NCBI GenBank assembly: GCA_041906785.1 | Contig: JAYRIM010000028.1 | Span: 35,934-99,933, forward strand | Reading direction: 5' to 3' | Source: Candidatus Levyibacteriota bacterium | GTDB taxonomy: Bacteria; Patescibacteriota; Microgenomatia; Levybacterales; UBA12049 | Length of the DNA stretch: 64,000 nt | Shown: in pieces, positions 19,291 through 29,756 of the stretch | How the letters are laid out: each line of letters starts with the position of its first letter | Position numbering within the stretch: the first letter of the stretch is position 1 | Translations under genes and position numbers: made by a program | The notes under the pieces: model-generated | Database searches by the model: none | What the model saw: the letters and a program-made list of their open reading frames with translations, nothing else | What the model was told of the DNA's origin: nothing

Positions 19291-20837
19291 AAAAAACAAT
19301 TATTCTTCTTTTTATATTAATTATAGTTAGTTTGCCTTCCATCTTTCCTTTATTCCATGCAGGCTTTTTGCAGACAGACGATGGGGAATGGATGATTATT
19401 CGTTTTAGTGCATTTCATCAGGTACTTCGTGATGGACAATTCCCTGTTCGATTTTTAAGTCGCTTAAACTATGGATATGGTTATCCCGTTTCAAATTTTC
19501 TTTATCCTGGGTTTATGTATTTGGCAGAACCATTTAAAATTTTGGGATTTGGTTTTCTAAATGCAATTAAAATTATTATTGGTTTTTCAATGCTCGGTTC
19601 AGCAATCTTTACCTTTTTATGGTTAAAGAAATTATTTAATAATCTTTCTGCACTCCTGGGGTCCGTAGTCTATTTATACTATCCTTATCATTTATATGAT
19701 TTATATAAACGGGGATCTGTAGGGGAATTATTGGCATTAGCTGTTTTACCGTTTGTTCTTTGGCAAATAGAACGAAACAATTTTTTCTTAATCTCATTAG
19801 GAATAGCATTTTTAATACTCTCTCATAATACATTGGCGGTTCTTTTTCTACCTGTCTTAGTGTTTTATATGTTAATAAAAATATTAAAGTCGAAAGAACA
19901 AAGTAGAGCTTTACTACAATATATTGGGATACTTCTTTTCGGTTTTGGATTATCTGCCTTTTTCTGGATTCCTGCTATTTTGGAACTTTCTATTACTAAA
20001 TTCCATCAAACACAAGTCTCTGAATGGAATAGATATTTCGCAAATATAGAACTGATAGGCTTAGGTGCTTTTATTTTAGCTGCAAGTTTACCTCTTTTTT
20101 TTATTAAGAAATTAAAAAAAACTAGTATAGTTCTAGAGAGTTATTTATTTTTTTTTGTTGGTGCCTTAAGTATTTTTTTTAGTAGTTCAATCAGTAGTGC
20201 TTCTTGGAATAGTTTACCTGTCACATTTATCCAATTTCCTTTTAGGTTTCTTTCGCTTACGATTATATGTTCATCATTTTTAGTAGCAACTTTTTTATCA
20301 ATCACTTCAGATAGATTGAAAAATATTGCATCTATTATCTTTCTTTTTGTTCTTTTAATTATAAGTTTTCCTTTTACAGAGGTGAAAAGATATGTGTATT
20401 TTCCTGATGATTACTATGCTACTAATGAAGATACTACTACTGTAAAAAATGAATATATGCCACGTTGGGTGATACAGGAACCTCGTACGCATTTTGCTAA
20501 TAAAGTGGAAGTATTGGAAGGAACAGAAAATGTACGGGTAACATACACTTCAAATAAACTTGAGATATTTCCTAATACGACACAAAAAAAATTTCTTATT
20601 CATACAATCTATTACCCTGGGTGGATTGCATATGCAGATGGAAAAGAGATTAAAATTTTAATTAAACAACCTCAAGGTACTATGATAATAAATGTTCCTG
20701 AACATACTAAAAAAATTGAAGTAATCTTTAAAGAAACATCCCTAAGAATCTTTGCTGATTTCCTAAGCATCATTTCATTATGTATTCTTTTTATAAAGTT
20801 TCTTTTTGATAAAAAAATAATTACTCAGAAAAAATGA
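19287..20837 (+). CDS. PTPS-related membrane protein (putative GT-C)
   Basis: TDDG, PVRF..LNYGYGYP, RG..GE, LSHN, QFPFR, YYPGW; GTG start overlapping the upstream stop. Confidence 0.8.
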   Translation: MKKTIILLFILIIVSLPSIFPLFHAGFLQTDDGEWMIIRFSAFHQVLRDGQFPVRFLSRLNYGYGYPVSNFLYPGFMYLAEPFKILGFGFLNAIKIIIGFSMLGSAIFTFLWLKKLFNNLSALLGSVVYLYYPYHLYDLYKRGSVGELLALAVLPFVLWQIERNNFFLISLGIAFLILSHNTLAVLFLPVLVFYMLIKILKSKEQSRALLQYIGILLFGFGLSAFFWIPAILELSITKFHQTQVSEWNRYFANIELIGLGAFILAASLPLFFIKKLKKTSIVLESYLFFFVGALSIFFSSSISSASWNSLPVTFIQFPFRFLSLTIICSSFLVATFLSITSDRLKNIASIIFLFVLLIISFPFTEVKRYVYFPDDYYATNEDTTTVKNEYMPRWVIQEPRTHFANKVEVLEGTENVRVTYTSNKLEIFPNTTQKKFLIHTIYYPGWIAYADGKEIKILIKQPQGTMIINVPEHTKKIEVIFKETSLRIFADFLSIISLCILFIKFLFDKKIITQKK

Positions 20838-22419
20838 TTGCAGGATTAGAGTCAAAAAATCGTATAATATGTAAGGGGTTCGAAGGCATTTCAATAGGTG
20901 CAAGAACATACAGAGTCTTTCCATCGTGAACTTCATGCTGCAAATCAATTTCTCTAAACGTGAAAATATCGAATGCATTCGTTTTTCGTGTTCCTCCATT
21001 AGAAAGATATGATTTTGGATCATATCGTGTATAAAACAGGAAGAAAATGTAAGGTTGTTCTAGTTTGGTGGAGACTACAACTTTCTTATGTTGCTCACGG
21101 TGTTGATTAACATAGCTCACAGCATCTCCATACCCGAATTGCCAGACATTCGAAACTTCATGATTCATTTGGAAAAAATATAAATAAAAATATTGAAAGA
21201 AAAGAAAGATTACTATTACCGTAATCCATGCAAAAAATATTAGCTGTTTTGCTATTGAAAATTTTCGAAAATAAAAAAAACTTACGTATATCCCTAATGC
21301 AATAATAATTTGAAAAGAAGGTAGAAAAAGCAATGTTCGTACTGCATGGGGAACTTCAGAAGTTAATGAGGCAGGTACAGGAGCAAGAAACAACCATAAG
21401 AAAAGAATAGACCGGAGTTTTGAGTTTCGGCAGAGAAGTGTCAATAATCCGGCGAATAAAAATGGAGCTTCCCAAATATAGAGTAAGCCGGTTGACGGTG
21501 CATGATGACGATCGTTATCTCCAGTTATAAATAACCATTTAGGTGAAAAATGCGATAGATAATTTGATGGAATTTCATATAATTTTGTTAATACAGGAAA
21601 ATCGAACAGTAAATAATTAATTCCGAAATAAGTATTGCTGCTATTCGTTTTAGAATTTGCATTATTAAATATTGATGTTTGAGAAAATCTTCCTGTTATT
21701 TTATATAATTGGTTTTGAGAAACAAAATAGATAAAAGGACTTAAAAATAAAAAAATTATGCATAATAATATGCATAAATATTTTTTAGAAATGTTTATCT
21801 GTTTTATAAACAATAAGCATAATCCAACAGTAAAAAGCGGTATAAACAATTTCTGACTATGGTAGCTATGAAGTGCCAGTCCATAAAAAATAACACTAGG
21901 AATAAAATACATAGATTTCCGTAATCCCATAAGGAAAAATAGTAGTCCGAAAATTGTAAAGCTTAAAGCGATATTTGCTTCATAGGCAACTCTTGAGAAT
22001 TGTACGTGCCAAGGAGATATTGCTAACAGAAAAGATGCAAGAAGACTTATAGATAGCGCATGTTTATTGCTTCTATCTAATAATAATAGTTCTCTTGTTA
22101 AAAAAAAGGTTCCTATTACTGCGAGCACACCCATAATGACAGAAGGAAATCTTACAGCAAAAGCATTTAACCCAAAAAAAGCGATAGAAGGTATTGCTGC
22201 ATACACATACATTGGTGGTTTATAGTCATTAAACGATCGGATTGAAAGTGGAAGTAGTTCTCCATACTCATCTTTACCAGTTAATAAAATAGAATATGCA
22301 TTGTATCCCAATGAGACTTCATCCCAGTTTGGAGTTATTGGCACACCGCTTAGATGCCAAATTCTCAGAAAAGTTGCAATGAAAATTATGAGAGAAAAAA
22401 TCAAAATAGTGTATTTCAT
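20821..22419 (-). CDS. ArnT/PMT-like GT-C glycosyltransferase
   Basis: WDE..GYNAYSIL.TGKDEYG, DYKPP, SPWH.QFSR, PHAVR. Confidence 0.85.
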   Translation of the reverse strand: MKYTILIFSLIIFIATFLRIWHLSGVPITPNWDEVSLGYNAYSILLTGKDEYGELLPLSIRSFNDYKPPMYVYAAIPSIAFFGLNAFAVRFPSVIMGVLAVIGTFFLTRELLLLDRSNKHALSISLLASFLLAISPWHVQFSRVAYEANIALSFTIFGLLFFLMGLRKSMYFIPSVIFYGLALHSYHSQKLFIPLFTVGLCLLFIKQINISKKYLCILLCIIFLFLSPFIYFVSQNQLYKITGRFSQTSIFNNANSKTNSSNTYFGINYLLFDFPVLTKLYEIPSNYLSHFSPKWLFITGDNDRHHAPSTGLLYIWEAPFLFAGLLTLLCRNSKLRSILFLWLFLAPVPASLTSEVPHAVRTLLFLPSFQIIIALGIYVSFFYFRKFSIAKQLIFFAWITVIVIFLFFQYFYLYFFQMNHEVSNVWQFGYGDAVSYVNQHREQHKKVVVSTKLEQPYIFFLFYTRYDPKSYLSNGGTRKTNAFDIFTFREIDLQHEVHDGKTLYVLAPIEMPSNPLHIIRFFDSNPAIIFSE

Positions 22420-22422
22420 TTT

Positions 22423-23985
22423 TTATAATGTAAATATACTAATAGCTCTATCGTCTTTTCCTTCTGTTTGATGTATTAGTTTAGCTTCATTAGGACTATT
22501 TTTAGTAGGTTGTATATAAAGAGTATTAACACTATATATTTTAGGAGTCTCAGTTAAGAAAATATATTTTTTGTTATTTATAGATATTTCTTGGGTAATT
22601 TTCGTTGTTTTCCAGGATTGTATGTGTGATTTTTCATAGAATAGGAAATATAAGAAAATGTTTTTCCCAAATGTTACATCCGTAACGTAAACAATCCCAG
22701 CATTTTTTGCATGAGTTTCAATATATGAGAATGCTTGTATATATTTAACTTGGATATTTTCATCTGCCGGATATTTTAAAAAATACATATATGAAAATCT
22801 TCCGAGAAAATATATATAGGAAATTATAATAAAAGGAAGAATTATCATTTTGCTATTTTTTTCTAAAAAAGACATGTAGAAATTCAAACTCTTTGAAATA
22901 AAAACTGCAAATAATGGTATGAAAAGTGAAGTTATAAGCATATTTGGAGAACTTTTGTTAATAGTAAAGGGGAATATTGTAAGTATAAAAAATAACAGTA
23001 GACAAAGCATTAGTTTTTGTCTATTTCTGCTGATGTAAAATAAACCAAGAATTAGAAAAACAAGCTCGATTGGAGAAAATAATCCTGTATATGGATTCAA
23101 AGAATCTACATTTTTATCCCAGTTGAAAAATAATGAGCGAGGTTCAATATAATCAGTAAAACGTGATAGATATAACTTAGTTTTTTCAATAGTACTATCA
23201 TGCAGAATGTGTGCTGCTAGGGTATTTCCGCTATATATAATTCGATTAGTTGCTTTTTGTTCTAGAGTAATATCCCAGTAAACACTTGTATCATCTTTTT
23301 TAGAATAATATAAAAAAATGTTATTAACTATTGGTAGAAGTAAAATGAGAAAGAATATAGCAGGAAGTAGGGAAGAGAACATTTTTATTTTGCGTTTTTT
23401 TGCCACATAATATAAACCGAAAACGAATAGTAAAGTTGATGGAATAAAAAATGAATAATCACTATATATTGAGAGTATGAGTAAAGGAATTGTTATTAAA
23501 ATGAATTTCTCGTTATCTAAAAACTTTATAAAACAGTAGAAAGCAAGAAGTAAGAAAAAAATTCCTACATTTGTTCCTATATCAATGCGTGATATTTGCA
23601 TATGCCAAAAAGACAAACCATAAATTGTAGTAGCTATTAAAATTTCGTTTTCACTAAATAGCGAAGTTCGTTTTTTTACTTCATTAAGTAAACTAAAAAA
23701 TAAAAAAACAGTAAATGTTCCGAAAAAAGCAGAAGGCATTCTTACTGACCATTCATTTAATCCAAATATTGTTATAAAAGAAGAAGTAAAATATACCGGC
23801 AACGGTGCAATATACGTTGCAAATTGGTTAAGATTATTCATGAGCAGTTTATCATGCGTTACCATTGCTTTTGCGAGCAATCCAGTCAGTACTTCTTTTT
23901 CAAGTAAAACGGAGGGAGTTGAAGAAAGTTGAAATATTCTGAAGAAAAAAGATACGAAAAGGATAATAATAAGAAAAAAACGCAT
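22423..23985 (-). CDS. Divergent ArnT/PMT-like membrane protein lacking the DE motif
   Basis: FGLNEWSVRMPSA and SFWHMQISR match paralogs, but LEKE stands where paralogs have xDE. Confidence 0.7.
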   Translation of the reverse strand: MRFFLIIILFVSFFFRIFQLSSTPSVLLEKEVLTGLLAKAMVTHDKLLMNNLNQFATYIAPLPVYFTSSFITIFGLNEWSVRMPSAFFGTFTVFLFFSLLNEVKKRTSLFSENEILIATTIYGLSFWHMQISRIDIGTNVGIFFLLLAFYCFIKFLDNEKFILITIPLLILSIYSDYSFFIPSTLLFVFGLYYVAKKRKIKMFSSLLPAIFFLILLLPIVNNIFLYYSKKDDTSVYWDITLEQKATNRIIYSGNTLAAHILHDSTIEKTKLYLSRFTDYIEPRSLFFNWDKNVDSLNPYTGLFSPIELVFLILGLFYISRNRQKLMLCLLLFFILTIFPFTINKSSPNMLITSLFIPLFAVFISKSLNFYMSFLEKNSKMIILPFIIISYIYFLGRFSYMYFLKYPADENIQVKYIQAFSYIETHAKNAGIVYVTDVTFGKNIFLYFLFYEKSHIQSWKTTKITQEISINNKKYIFLTETPKIYSVNTLYIQPTKNSPNEAKLIHQTEGKDDRAISIFTL

Positions 23986-24034
23986 TGTATACAGCTAGAA
24001 AATATTATACTATACTTACACATCAATATTTTTC

Positions 24035-25717
24035 ATGATTATAAAAAAACTCACCTCTCTTTCTAGCTACTGGTATCTAGCATTGTTATTATTACTCGCG
24101 TTCACTCTTAGAATATATGATTTAACTAATCTGCCTGCGGGTATACATGGAGATGAAGCAAGCATAGGTTATAATGCGTATTCCTTATTAAAAACTGGCT
24201 ACGATCAAAATGGTACGTTTCTACCTCTCGCGATCGACCAGTTTGGTGATTTTAGACCTCCCGGGTATCACTATATAGATATACCTTTTGTGGCACTCCT
24301 AGGGTTGAATGAACTTTCTACCAGATTACCTGCAGCATTATTTGGTTCAGCTACAATACTTGTTTTTTACTTCTTTCTTTTAGAAATTTTTAAAAATAAG
24401 AATATATCACTTATAGGATCTGGGTTACTAGCAATTTCTCCTTGGCATATAGTTATTTCTAGAGCTACGTCAGAAGGAATTATCGCAGCTTTTTTCATAT
24501 TATTCGGTGTTCTTTTTATGTTTAAAGCAAATCAAAAAAAAGAAAAATCATCATTTTTTGTAGTAAGCTTTCTTTCTTTTCTTCTAAGTTTTCTTTTTTA
24601 TCATTCAGCACGGTTCTTTGTTCCGGTGTTTCTCATCCCATTCATATTGTTGTTATTTCAGAAATATAAGGTTAGTCGTAAGATTATCTTGTATGTTTCT
24701 ATTTTATTTATTTCTCTTATAGCAATTCTGTATTTACTTTTTTCAGTCGGTAAAGGAGAAGCTCGTCCTTTAACAGTTAGTATATTTAATTTTCCGATGG
24801 GAACTCATGATTTAGAGCAGCAGATAGGTCAAGACGGAAATCAAAATCCTTATATAACTCGATTTTTTCATAATAAAGTTTTTTACTATGGTAGAATTTT
24901 TTTAACAAATTATTTTCAGCATTTCGATGGTGATTTTCTTTTTGTAAACAACGGATTGCCTGTACGTTATAAAGTACCGTGGACAGGAAATTTAAATCTC
25001 ATAGATCTTCCTTTTCTTCTTTTCGGTTTTTCTGTGTTACTTACGGAAGGAATTAAAAATAAAAAAACATTTTATTTAATTCCTGTTCTTTGGCTTATTG
25101 TTGCCGCAATACCAGCTGGTCTTACCTGGGAAGATATTCCAAACATTCAACGATCGAGCTTAATGCTTTATGGTTTTCTTGCAATTACGGCATTTGGGAT
25201 AAATGAATTTTTTCAAATTCCTAATAAAAAAGTAAAACCGATATTACTAATCGTTTTCTTACTTTTTTTGACACATAATTTTTTCTATTTCATTCATAAT
25301 TATTATTATCATGCACGTATTTATGAACCTTGGCATAGAAGTGCTGCGGCTAAAGAAGTCGTCTTTACCGTAAATGAATTATCTAAAACATATGATACTA
25401 TCAGAATGACAACACAAGGTAATAATAATTTAGTTCATCATCTTTTTTATAATAAGTTTGATCCAGTGCTTTTTAAAAAGATGGGATCTCCTCGAGAAGA
25501 AGAAAACCTCCGTTTCGGAAAAGTAATCTTTACTGGGAATTATTGTCCATTAGAAGGAGATCCTGAAAAATATGCTACTCACTATAAAAAAGGAATCATA
25601 TATATCGATATGCCCCAATGCAAACTGCCTAAAAATGCAGAAATCATAAAGACAATTCGTCATCCTGATGGGATACCTGCGTATTACGTAGTTAAATTAA
25701 ATCCAATTCCTTCTTAA
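24035..25717 (+). CDS. ArnT/PMT-like GT-C glycosyltransferase
   Basis: GDE..GYNAYSLLKTG.D..G, GDFRPP, SPWH..SR. Confidence 0.85.
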   Translation: MIIKKLTSLSSYWYLALLLLLAFTLRIYDLTNLPAGIHGDEASIGYNAYSLLKTGYDQNGTFLPLAIDQFGDFRPPGYHYIDIPFVALLGLNELSTRLPAALFGSATILVFYFFLLEIFKNKNISLIGSGLLAISPWHIVISRATSEGIIAAFFILFGVLFMFKANQKKEKSSFFVVSFLSFLLSFLFYHSARFFVPVFLIPFILLLFQKYKVSRKIILYVSILFISLIAILYLLFSVGKGEARPLTVSIFNFPMGTHDLEQQIGQDGNQNPYITRFFHNKVFYYGRIFLTNYFQHFDGDFLFVNNGLPVRYKVPWTGNLNLIDLPFLLFGFSVLLTEGIKNKKTFYLIPVLWLIVAAIPAGLTWEDIPNIQRSSLMLYGFLAITAFGINEFFQIPNKKVKPILLIVFLLFLTHNFFYFIHNYYYHARIYEPWHRSAAAKEVVFTVNELSKTYDTIRMTTQGNNNLVHHLFYNKFDPVLFKKMGSPREEENLRFGKVIFTGNYCPLEGDPEKYATHYKKGIIYIDMPQCKLPKNAEIIKTIRHPDGIPAYYVVKLNPIPS

Positions 25718-25753
25718 AGCACATCAGTTATTTGCTTAGTATATAATAAAGAT

Positions 25754-27538
25754 ATGCTTCAGCATATAAAGACACTAGCCAATTTTTTATTAGTACTTTT
25801 TCTTTCTTTTTTTGCAATTTTGCCTTTGACGATCCCGGGATTTTTTCCAATGCATGATGACACGCAGCCTGCGAGAGTACAGCAGATGGCACAATCTCTA
25901 AAAGATGGTATGTTTCCTGTACGTTGGGTAGCGGATTTAGGTTACGGTTATGGGTATCCACTGTTTAATTTTTATGCACCTTTTGCTTACTATATCGGCG
26001 CTTCTTTTATCTTTCTTGGATTTAATGCCCTTATTGCAACCAAATTTATGATGGGATTGCCTATATTATTTGCAGGTATATCAATGTATTTTTTAGCTAA
26101 GCAGTTTTGGGGAACTACGGGCGGAATAATCTCGGGCTTACTATATGTGTATGCGCCTTATACGGCAGTTAATCTCTACGTTCGAGGGGATGTAGCAGAA
26201 CTTTGGGCGTATGGATTCATACCCACGGTATTTCTAGGCCTTTATAAAATAATTGTGCTTGTAAACCAAGACAACAGTATACGGATTGATAAATCAAATA
26301 TCAAAAATCAAATATCGAAAATACAGAGAAGAAATAAAAAAGTAGTTTGGAGTTGGATGACAGTAATAGCCCTAAGTTATTCAGCTATTATTCTCTCGCA
26401 TAATCTAACAGCGATGATGGTCACGCCATTTATATTTTGTACCATCCTAATTTCCGACATAGTATTTTTAAAAGATAAAAATCTATACGCTCTGCGATAT
26501 ACGCTATCTGCTATACTCCTTGGAATTTTACTGTCTACATTTTACTGGCTTCCGGCATTAACAGAAATGAAATACACAAATGTTTTATCCCAGATAGGCG
26601 GAAAAGCAGATTATAATCTGCATTTCGTTTGTCCTGAACAATTATGGGAAAGTAATTGGGGATTTGGTGGATCAACTCCTAGTTGTGTTGATGGTATGTC
26701 GTTTCGAATAGGAAAATTACATATTTCATTAACTATCCTTTCTCTTTGTTTATTACCAGTATTAAAAAGAAAAAGCGAAAAGCTACCCATTGTTTTAGCT
26801 TTTTTCGGTGTTTTAGTTGGAATATTTTTTAGTTTACATATTTCTTCATTTATATGGAATATGATACCTATCATAGCTTTTTTTCAATATCCATGGAGGT
26901 TTCTGCTTCTAATTTCATTTTTTAGTTCGTTTGTTGGGGGATCTATCGTTTTATTTAAGCAGGTACTACATAGTGAAAAATCAAAACAATTACTATTTGA
27001 AGTAACTATTTTTTTATTTGTCATAGCAGGAGTATATATACTGTATGGAAGATTATTTAAGCCCCAGTATGTCCAGCCTAAAACAGCAGAAGATTATGTG
27101 AGTACAGACATACTACGCTGGAATATATCAAGAATATCTGATGAATATTTACCTAAGAACTTTCAGAAACCATTAGATCCGAGGGATAGAGTTCAGGATA
27201 AATTTCTTGTTTTATCTGGGAAAGTTGCAATTCAAGAGAAAACAAATAAAACAGCATCTTTGGTTGCTAATATTTTAAGTAAAACAGATTCAAAAATACG
27301 AATTCTCACAACACCCTTTCCAGCCTGGCAAGTATTTTACAATAACACAAAACTTTCATACTCTGCTACCGATAAAGGAATAGAATTTGTTCTTCCACCT
27401 TCAAGTGGAGAATTAAAGCTTGTATACGTTTCAACGCCATTCGAATATTTTGGGAATATAGTTAGTCTAATTGGTATTACGCTGCTTTTTATTGGTATAA
27501 TTGGTTTACCCGTAAAACGGAATTTATTTAGCAAATAA
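25754..27538 (+). CDS. PTPS-related membrane protein (putative GT-C)
   Basis: MHDD, PVRWV.DLGYGYGYPLFNFY, RG..AE, LSHN, QYPWR, FPAW. Confidence 0.8.
   Translation: MLQHIKTLANFLLVLFLSFFAILPLTIPGFFPMHDDTQPARVQQMAQSLKDGMFPVRWVADLGYGYGYPLFNFYAPFAYYIGASFIFLGFNALIATKFMMGLPILFAGISMYFLAKQFWGTTGGIISGLLYVYAPYTAVNLYVRGDVAELWAYGFIPTVFLGLYKIIVLVNQDNSIRIDKSNIKNQISKIQRRNKKVVWSWMTVIALSYSAIILSHNLTAMMVTPFIFCTILISDIVFLKDKNLYALRYTLSAILLGILLSTFYWLPALTEMKYTNVLSQIGGKADYNLHFVCPEQLWESNWGFGGSTPSCVDGMSFRIGKLHISLTILSLCLLPVLKRKSEKLPIVLAFFGVLVGIFFSLHISSFIWNMIPIIAFFQYPWRFLLLISFFSSFVGGSIVLFKQVLHSEKSKQLLFEVTIFLFVIAGVYILYGRLFKPQYVQPKTAEDYVSTDILRWNISRISDEYLPKNFQKPLDPRDRVQDKFLVLSGKVAIQEKTNKTASLVANILSKTDSKIRILTTPFPAWQVFYNNTKLSYSATDKGIEFVLPPSSGELKLVYVSTPFEYFGNIVSLIGITLLFIGIIGLPVKRNLFSK
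26291..26325 (+). repeat. Degenerate heptamer tandem array (A[A/T]ATCAA x5) inside CDS
   Basis: aaatcaa atatcaa aaatcaa atatcga aaataca. Confidence 0.8.
26483..26517 (+). repeat. Degenerate heptamer tandem array (CTATACG x5) inside CDS
   Basis: ctatacg ctctgcg atatacg ctatctg ctatact. Confidence 0.7.
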
Positions 27539-27556
27539 TTTAAGCGAGGAACATAC

Positions 27557-28288
27557 GTGAAAAAAACTGTAGAAATAACTGTGCCTGTTTATAATGAAGA
27601 AAAAGAACTCGAAAAAAGCATTTTAACGCTTCATTCTTTTTGTGTTAAAAACCTAAAAGATTATGATTGGAATATTACTATTGCTGATAATGCCTCAACA
27701 GATAACACCCCTATTGTTGGTGCTACTTTAGCGAAACATAATGCGCATATTAAACTTTTCCGTCTTGAGGAAAAAGGAAGAGGGAGGGCAGTGAAAAGAC
27801 TGTGGAGCCAAGCAAAAACTGATTTCTGTGCATATATGGATTTAGATCTTTCGACAGATCTCATTCATTTGCCGAATATCTTGAAGTCTCTTGAAGACGG
27901 ATATGACATAGCTATCGGTTCGAGGCTAGCTAAAGGTGCGAAAGTGGAAGGGAGAACTTGGATTCGTGAATTAATATCTAGAACATTGAATTTTATGTTT
28001 ATCCAATTATTATTTCGAACCCATTTCACCGACGCCCAATGCGGATTTAAAGCTGTAACACGAGATGTAGTAGATAACCTTATTCCGCATATAAAAGATA
28101 ATGGATGGTTTTTTGATGGTGAATTACTTATTGTTGCAGAAAAGGCTGGATATAAGATTTACGAAGAACCTGTTCACTGGGTTGATAATCCTGGATCAAC
28201 TGTGAGATTGATGTCAACAATTTCAGGAGATATACAAGTTATGGTCAGACTCTTACGTGCACAACCATGGAAAAAATTAAAAAAATAA
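27557..28288 (+). CDS. GT2 polyprenol-phosphate glycosyltransferase (DPM1/ALG5-like)
   Basis: PVYNEE, ADNASTD, GRGRA, YMDLDLS, DAQCGFKA, WFFD.E; GTG start after GAGG. Confidence 0.9.
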   Translation: MKKTVEITVPVYNEEKELEKSILTLHSFCVKNLKDYDWNITIADNASTDNTPIVGATLAKHNAHIKLFRLEEKGRGRAVKRLWSQAKTDFCAYMDLDLSTDLIHLPNILKSLEDGYDIAIGSRLAKGAKVEGRTWIRELISRTLNFMFIQLLFRTHFTDAQCGFKAVTRDVVDNLIPHIKDNGWFFDGELLIVAEKAGYKIYEEPVHWVDNPGSTVRLMSTISGDIQVMVRLLRAQPWKKLKK

Positions 28289-28292
28289 ATGT

Positions 28293-29756
28293 ATGGATGA
28301 ATTGGATATCGCTACCATTACGAAACGTACTGTTCAAGGAATAATTGCACTTGTTACCCGATCTTTTATTCTTCAATTAATATCATTTGCAGCTTTTATT
28401 ATTGTCGCAACAAATCTGAATGCAGGAGAATTCGGGACATTTATTATTGTTTCAAATATCCAGTTAATTATTAGTTTTTTCATTGATTTTGGCTTGGGAG
28501 CGGCGCTTGTACAAAAAAAAGAAGAACTTGAACAAGAAGAAATAAACACTGTCTTTACTGTTCAATTTTTGGTAACAGGATTTATTTTTTTATTGATTTT
28601 TATTTTTCGTGACAAAGCGAAAGATTTTGTTGCTTTCTTTTCGTCCGATAAACTCTCAGATGAAGGAACATGGCTTTTAGTATCATTAACATTTACACTG
28701 TTCCTTTCATCCTTTAAGCTCATACCATCAATCTTATTAGAAAGAAAAATTCAGTTTCAAAAACTTGTTATTCCTCAGATAGTTGAATCATTATTCTTTA
28801 ATTTAATTTTAGTTATCCTTTTACTTCAAGGCTTCGGTATACGAAGTTATACCTTCGCATTTGCTATATCGAGCCTTATAGGAATTCCAGCCTATTATGT
28901 TATTTCGCCATGGGTTGTTCGCTTCCAGATCACAAAAAGAGCACTTTTCCATTTAAAGTTTGGCGTTCAATTTCAAGCGAAAAATATATTAGCGAATATT
29001 AAAGATAGATTCCTGTGGCTATTTTTAGGAGCGTCACTGGGAAGTGTGAAAGTTGGTTATATAGGATTTGCTGAAAAGTTGGCTTACTTTGTTTATAGAT
29101 TCGTTGTAGATAGTGTAACTAAAGTTATTTTTTCGACATATGCTCGATTACAAGGAGAGAAAGAACATCTTGAGAGATCACTAGAAAAATCACTTTTTTA
29201 TGTATCGAGCATTATGTTTCCGGCAATTGTAGGCGTTATGATTATTATGCCGTATTTTTTTTCCTTTTATGAAAAATGGCATAAATGGCAACCGACAGTA
29301 TTAAGCCTGATTTTCTACTGTCTTGCTGCTGCAGTTTCATCTCTTTCCGGGATTTTAGTAAATGTTCTTGATGCAAACGGAAAAGTAAAAAAAACGCTTC
29401 AGCTTATGGTTATTTGGACAGTATTAACCTGGGGGTTAACGATATTCTTTATTCAATTCTACGATTTTAATGGGGTTGCAATTGCTTCGTTTTTTGTGAC
29501 ATTAACAATTGCATATACAATTTATCTCGTAAAACAAATCGTTCGCTTTCATTTTTTTCAATCAATCAGTAAGCCTTTAGCGGGAACGATCGTAATGGGG
29601 TTATTTATTATGGCATTAGCACAAGTTGTGGCGAAAAATATTATGACTGTATTTTTTGTTATACTCATGGGAGCAGCAGTATATATCACAAGTATGTATT
29701 TTCTTGCTGGTAAAGAAATCATTCAAGATATTAAAAAAATTCGATTTAAACAATGA
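28293..29756 (+). CDS. Wzx-type oligosaccharide flippase (MOP superfamily)
   Basis: About 12-14 TM; EFG, DFGLGAALVQKK, VGY..FA motifs. Confidence 0.88.
   Translation: MDELDIATITKRTVQGIIALVTRSFILQLISFAAFIIVATNLNAGEFGTFIIVSNIQLIISFFIDFGLGAALVQKKEELEQEEINTVFTVQFLVTGFIFLLIFIFRDKAKDFVAFFSSDKLSDEGTWLLVSLTFTLFLSSFKLIPSILLERKIQFQKLVIPQIVESLFFNLILVILLLQGFGIRSYTFAFAISSLIGIPAYYVISPWVVRFQITKRALFHLKFGVQFQAKNILANIKDRFLWLFLGASLGSVKVGYIGFAEKLAYFVYRFVVDSVTKVIFSTYARLQGEKEHLERSLEKSLFYVSSIMFPAIVGVMIIMPYFFSFYEKWHKWQPTVLSLIFYCLAAAVSSLSGILVNVLDANGKVKKTLQLMVIWTVLTWGLTIFFIQFYDFNGVAIASFFVTLTIAYTIYLVKQIVRFHFFQSISKPLAGTIVMGLFIMALAQVVAKNIMTVFFVILMGAAVYITSMYFLAGKEIIQDIKKIRFKQ

Noticed and set aside
23986-24034. Invertible promoter between divergent GT-C genes (AAAATATT...AATATTTT around overlapping -10 boxes)
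   Set aside because: The inverted repeat is only 8 bp of pure A/T and no recombinase is present; simple divergent promoters suffice
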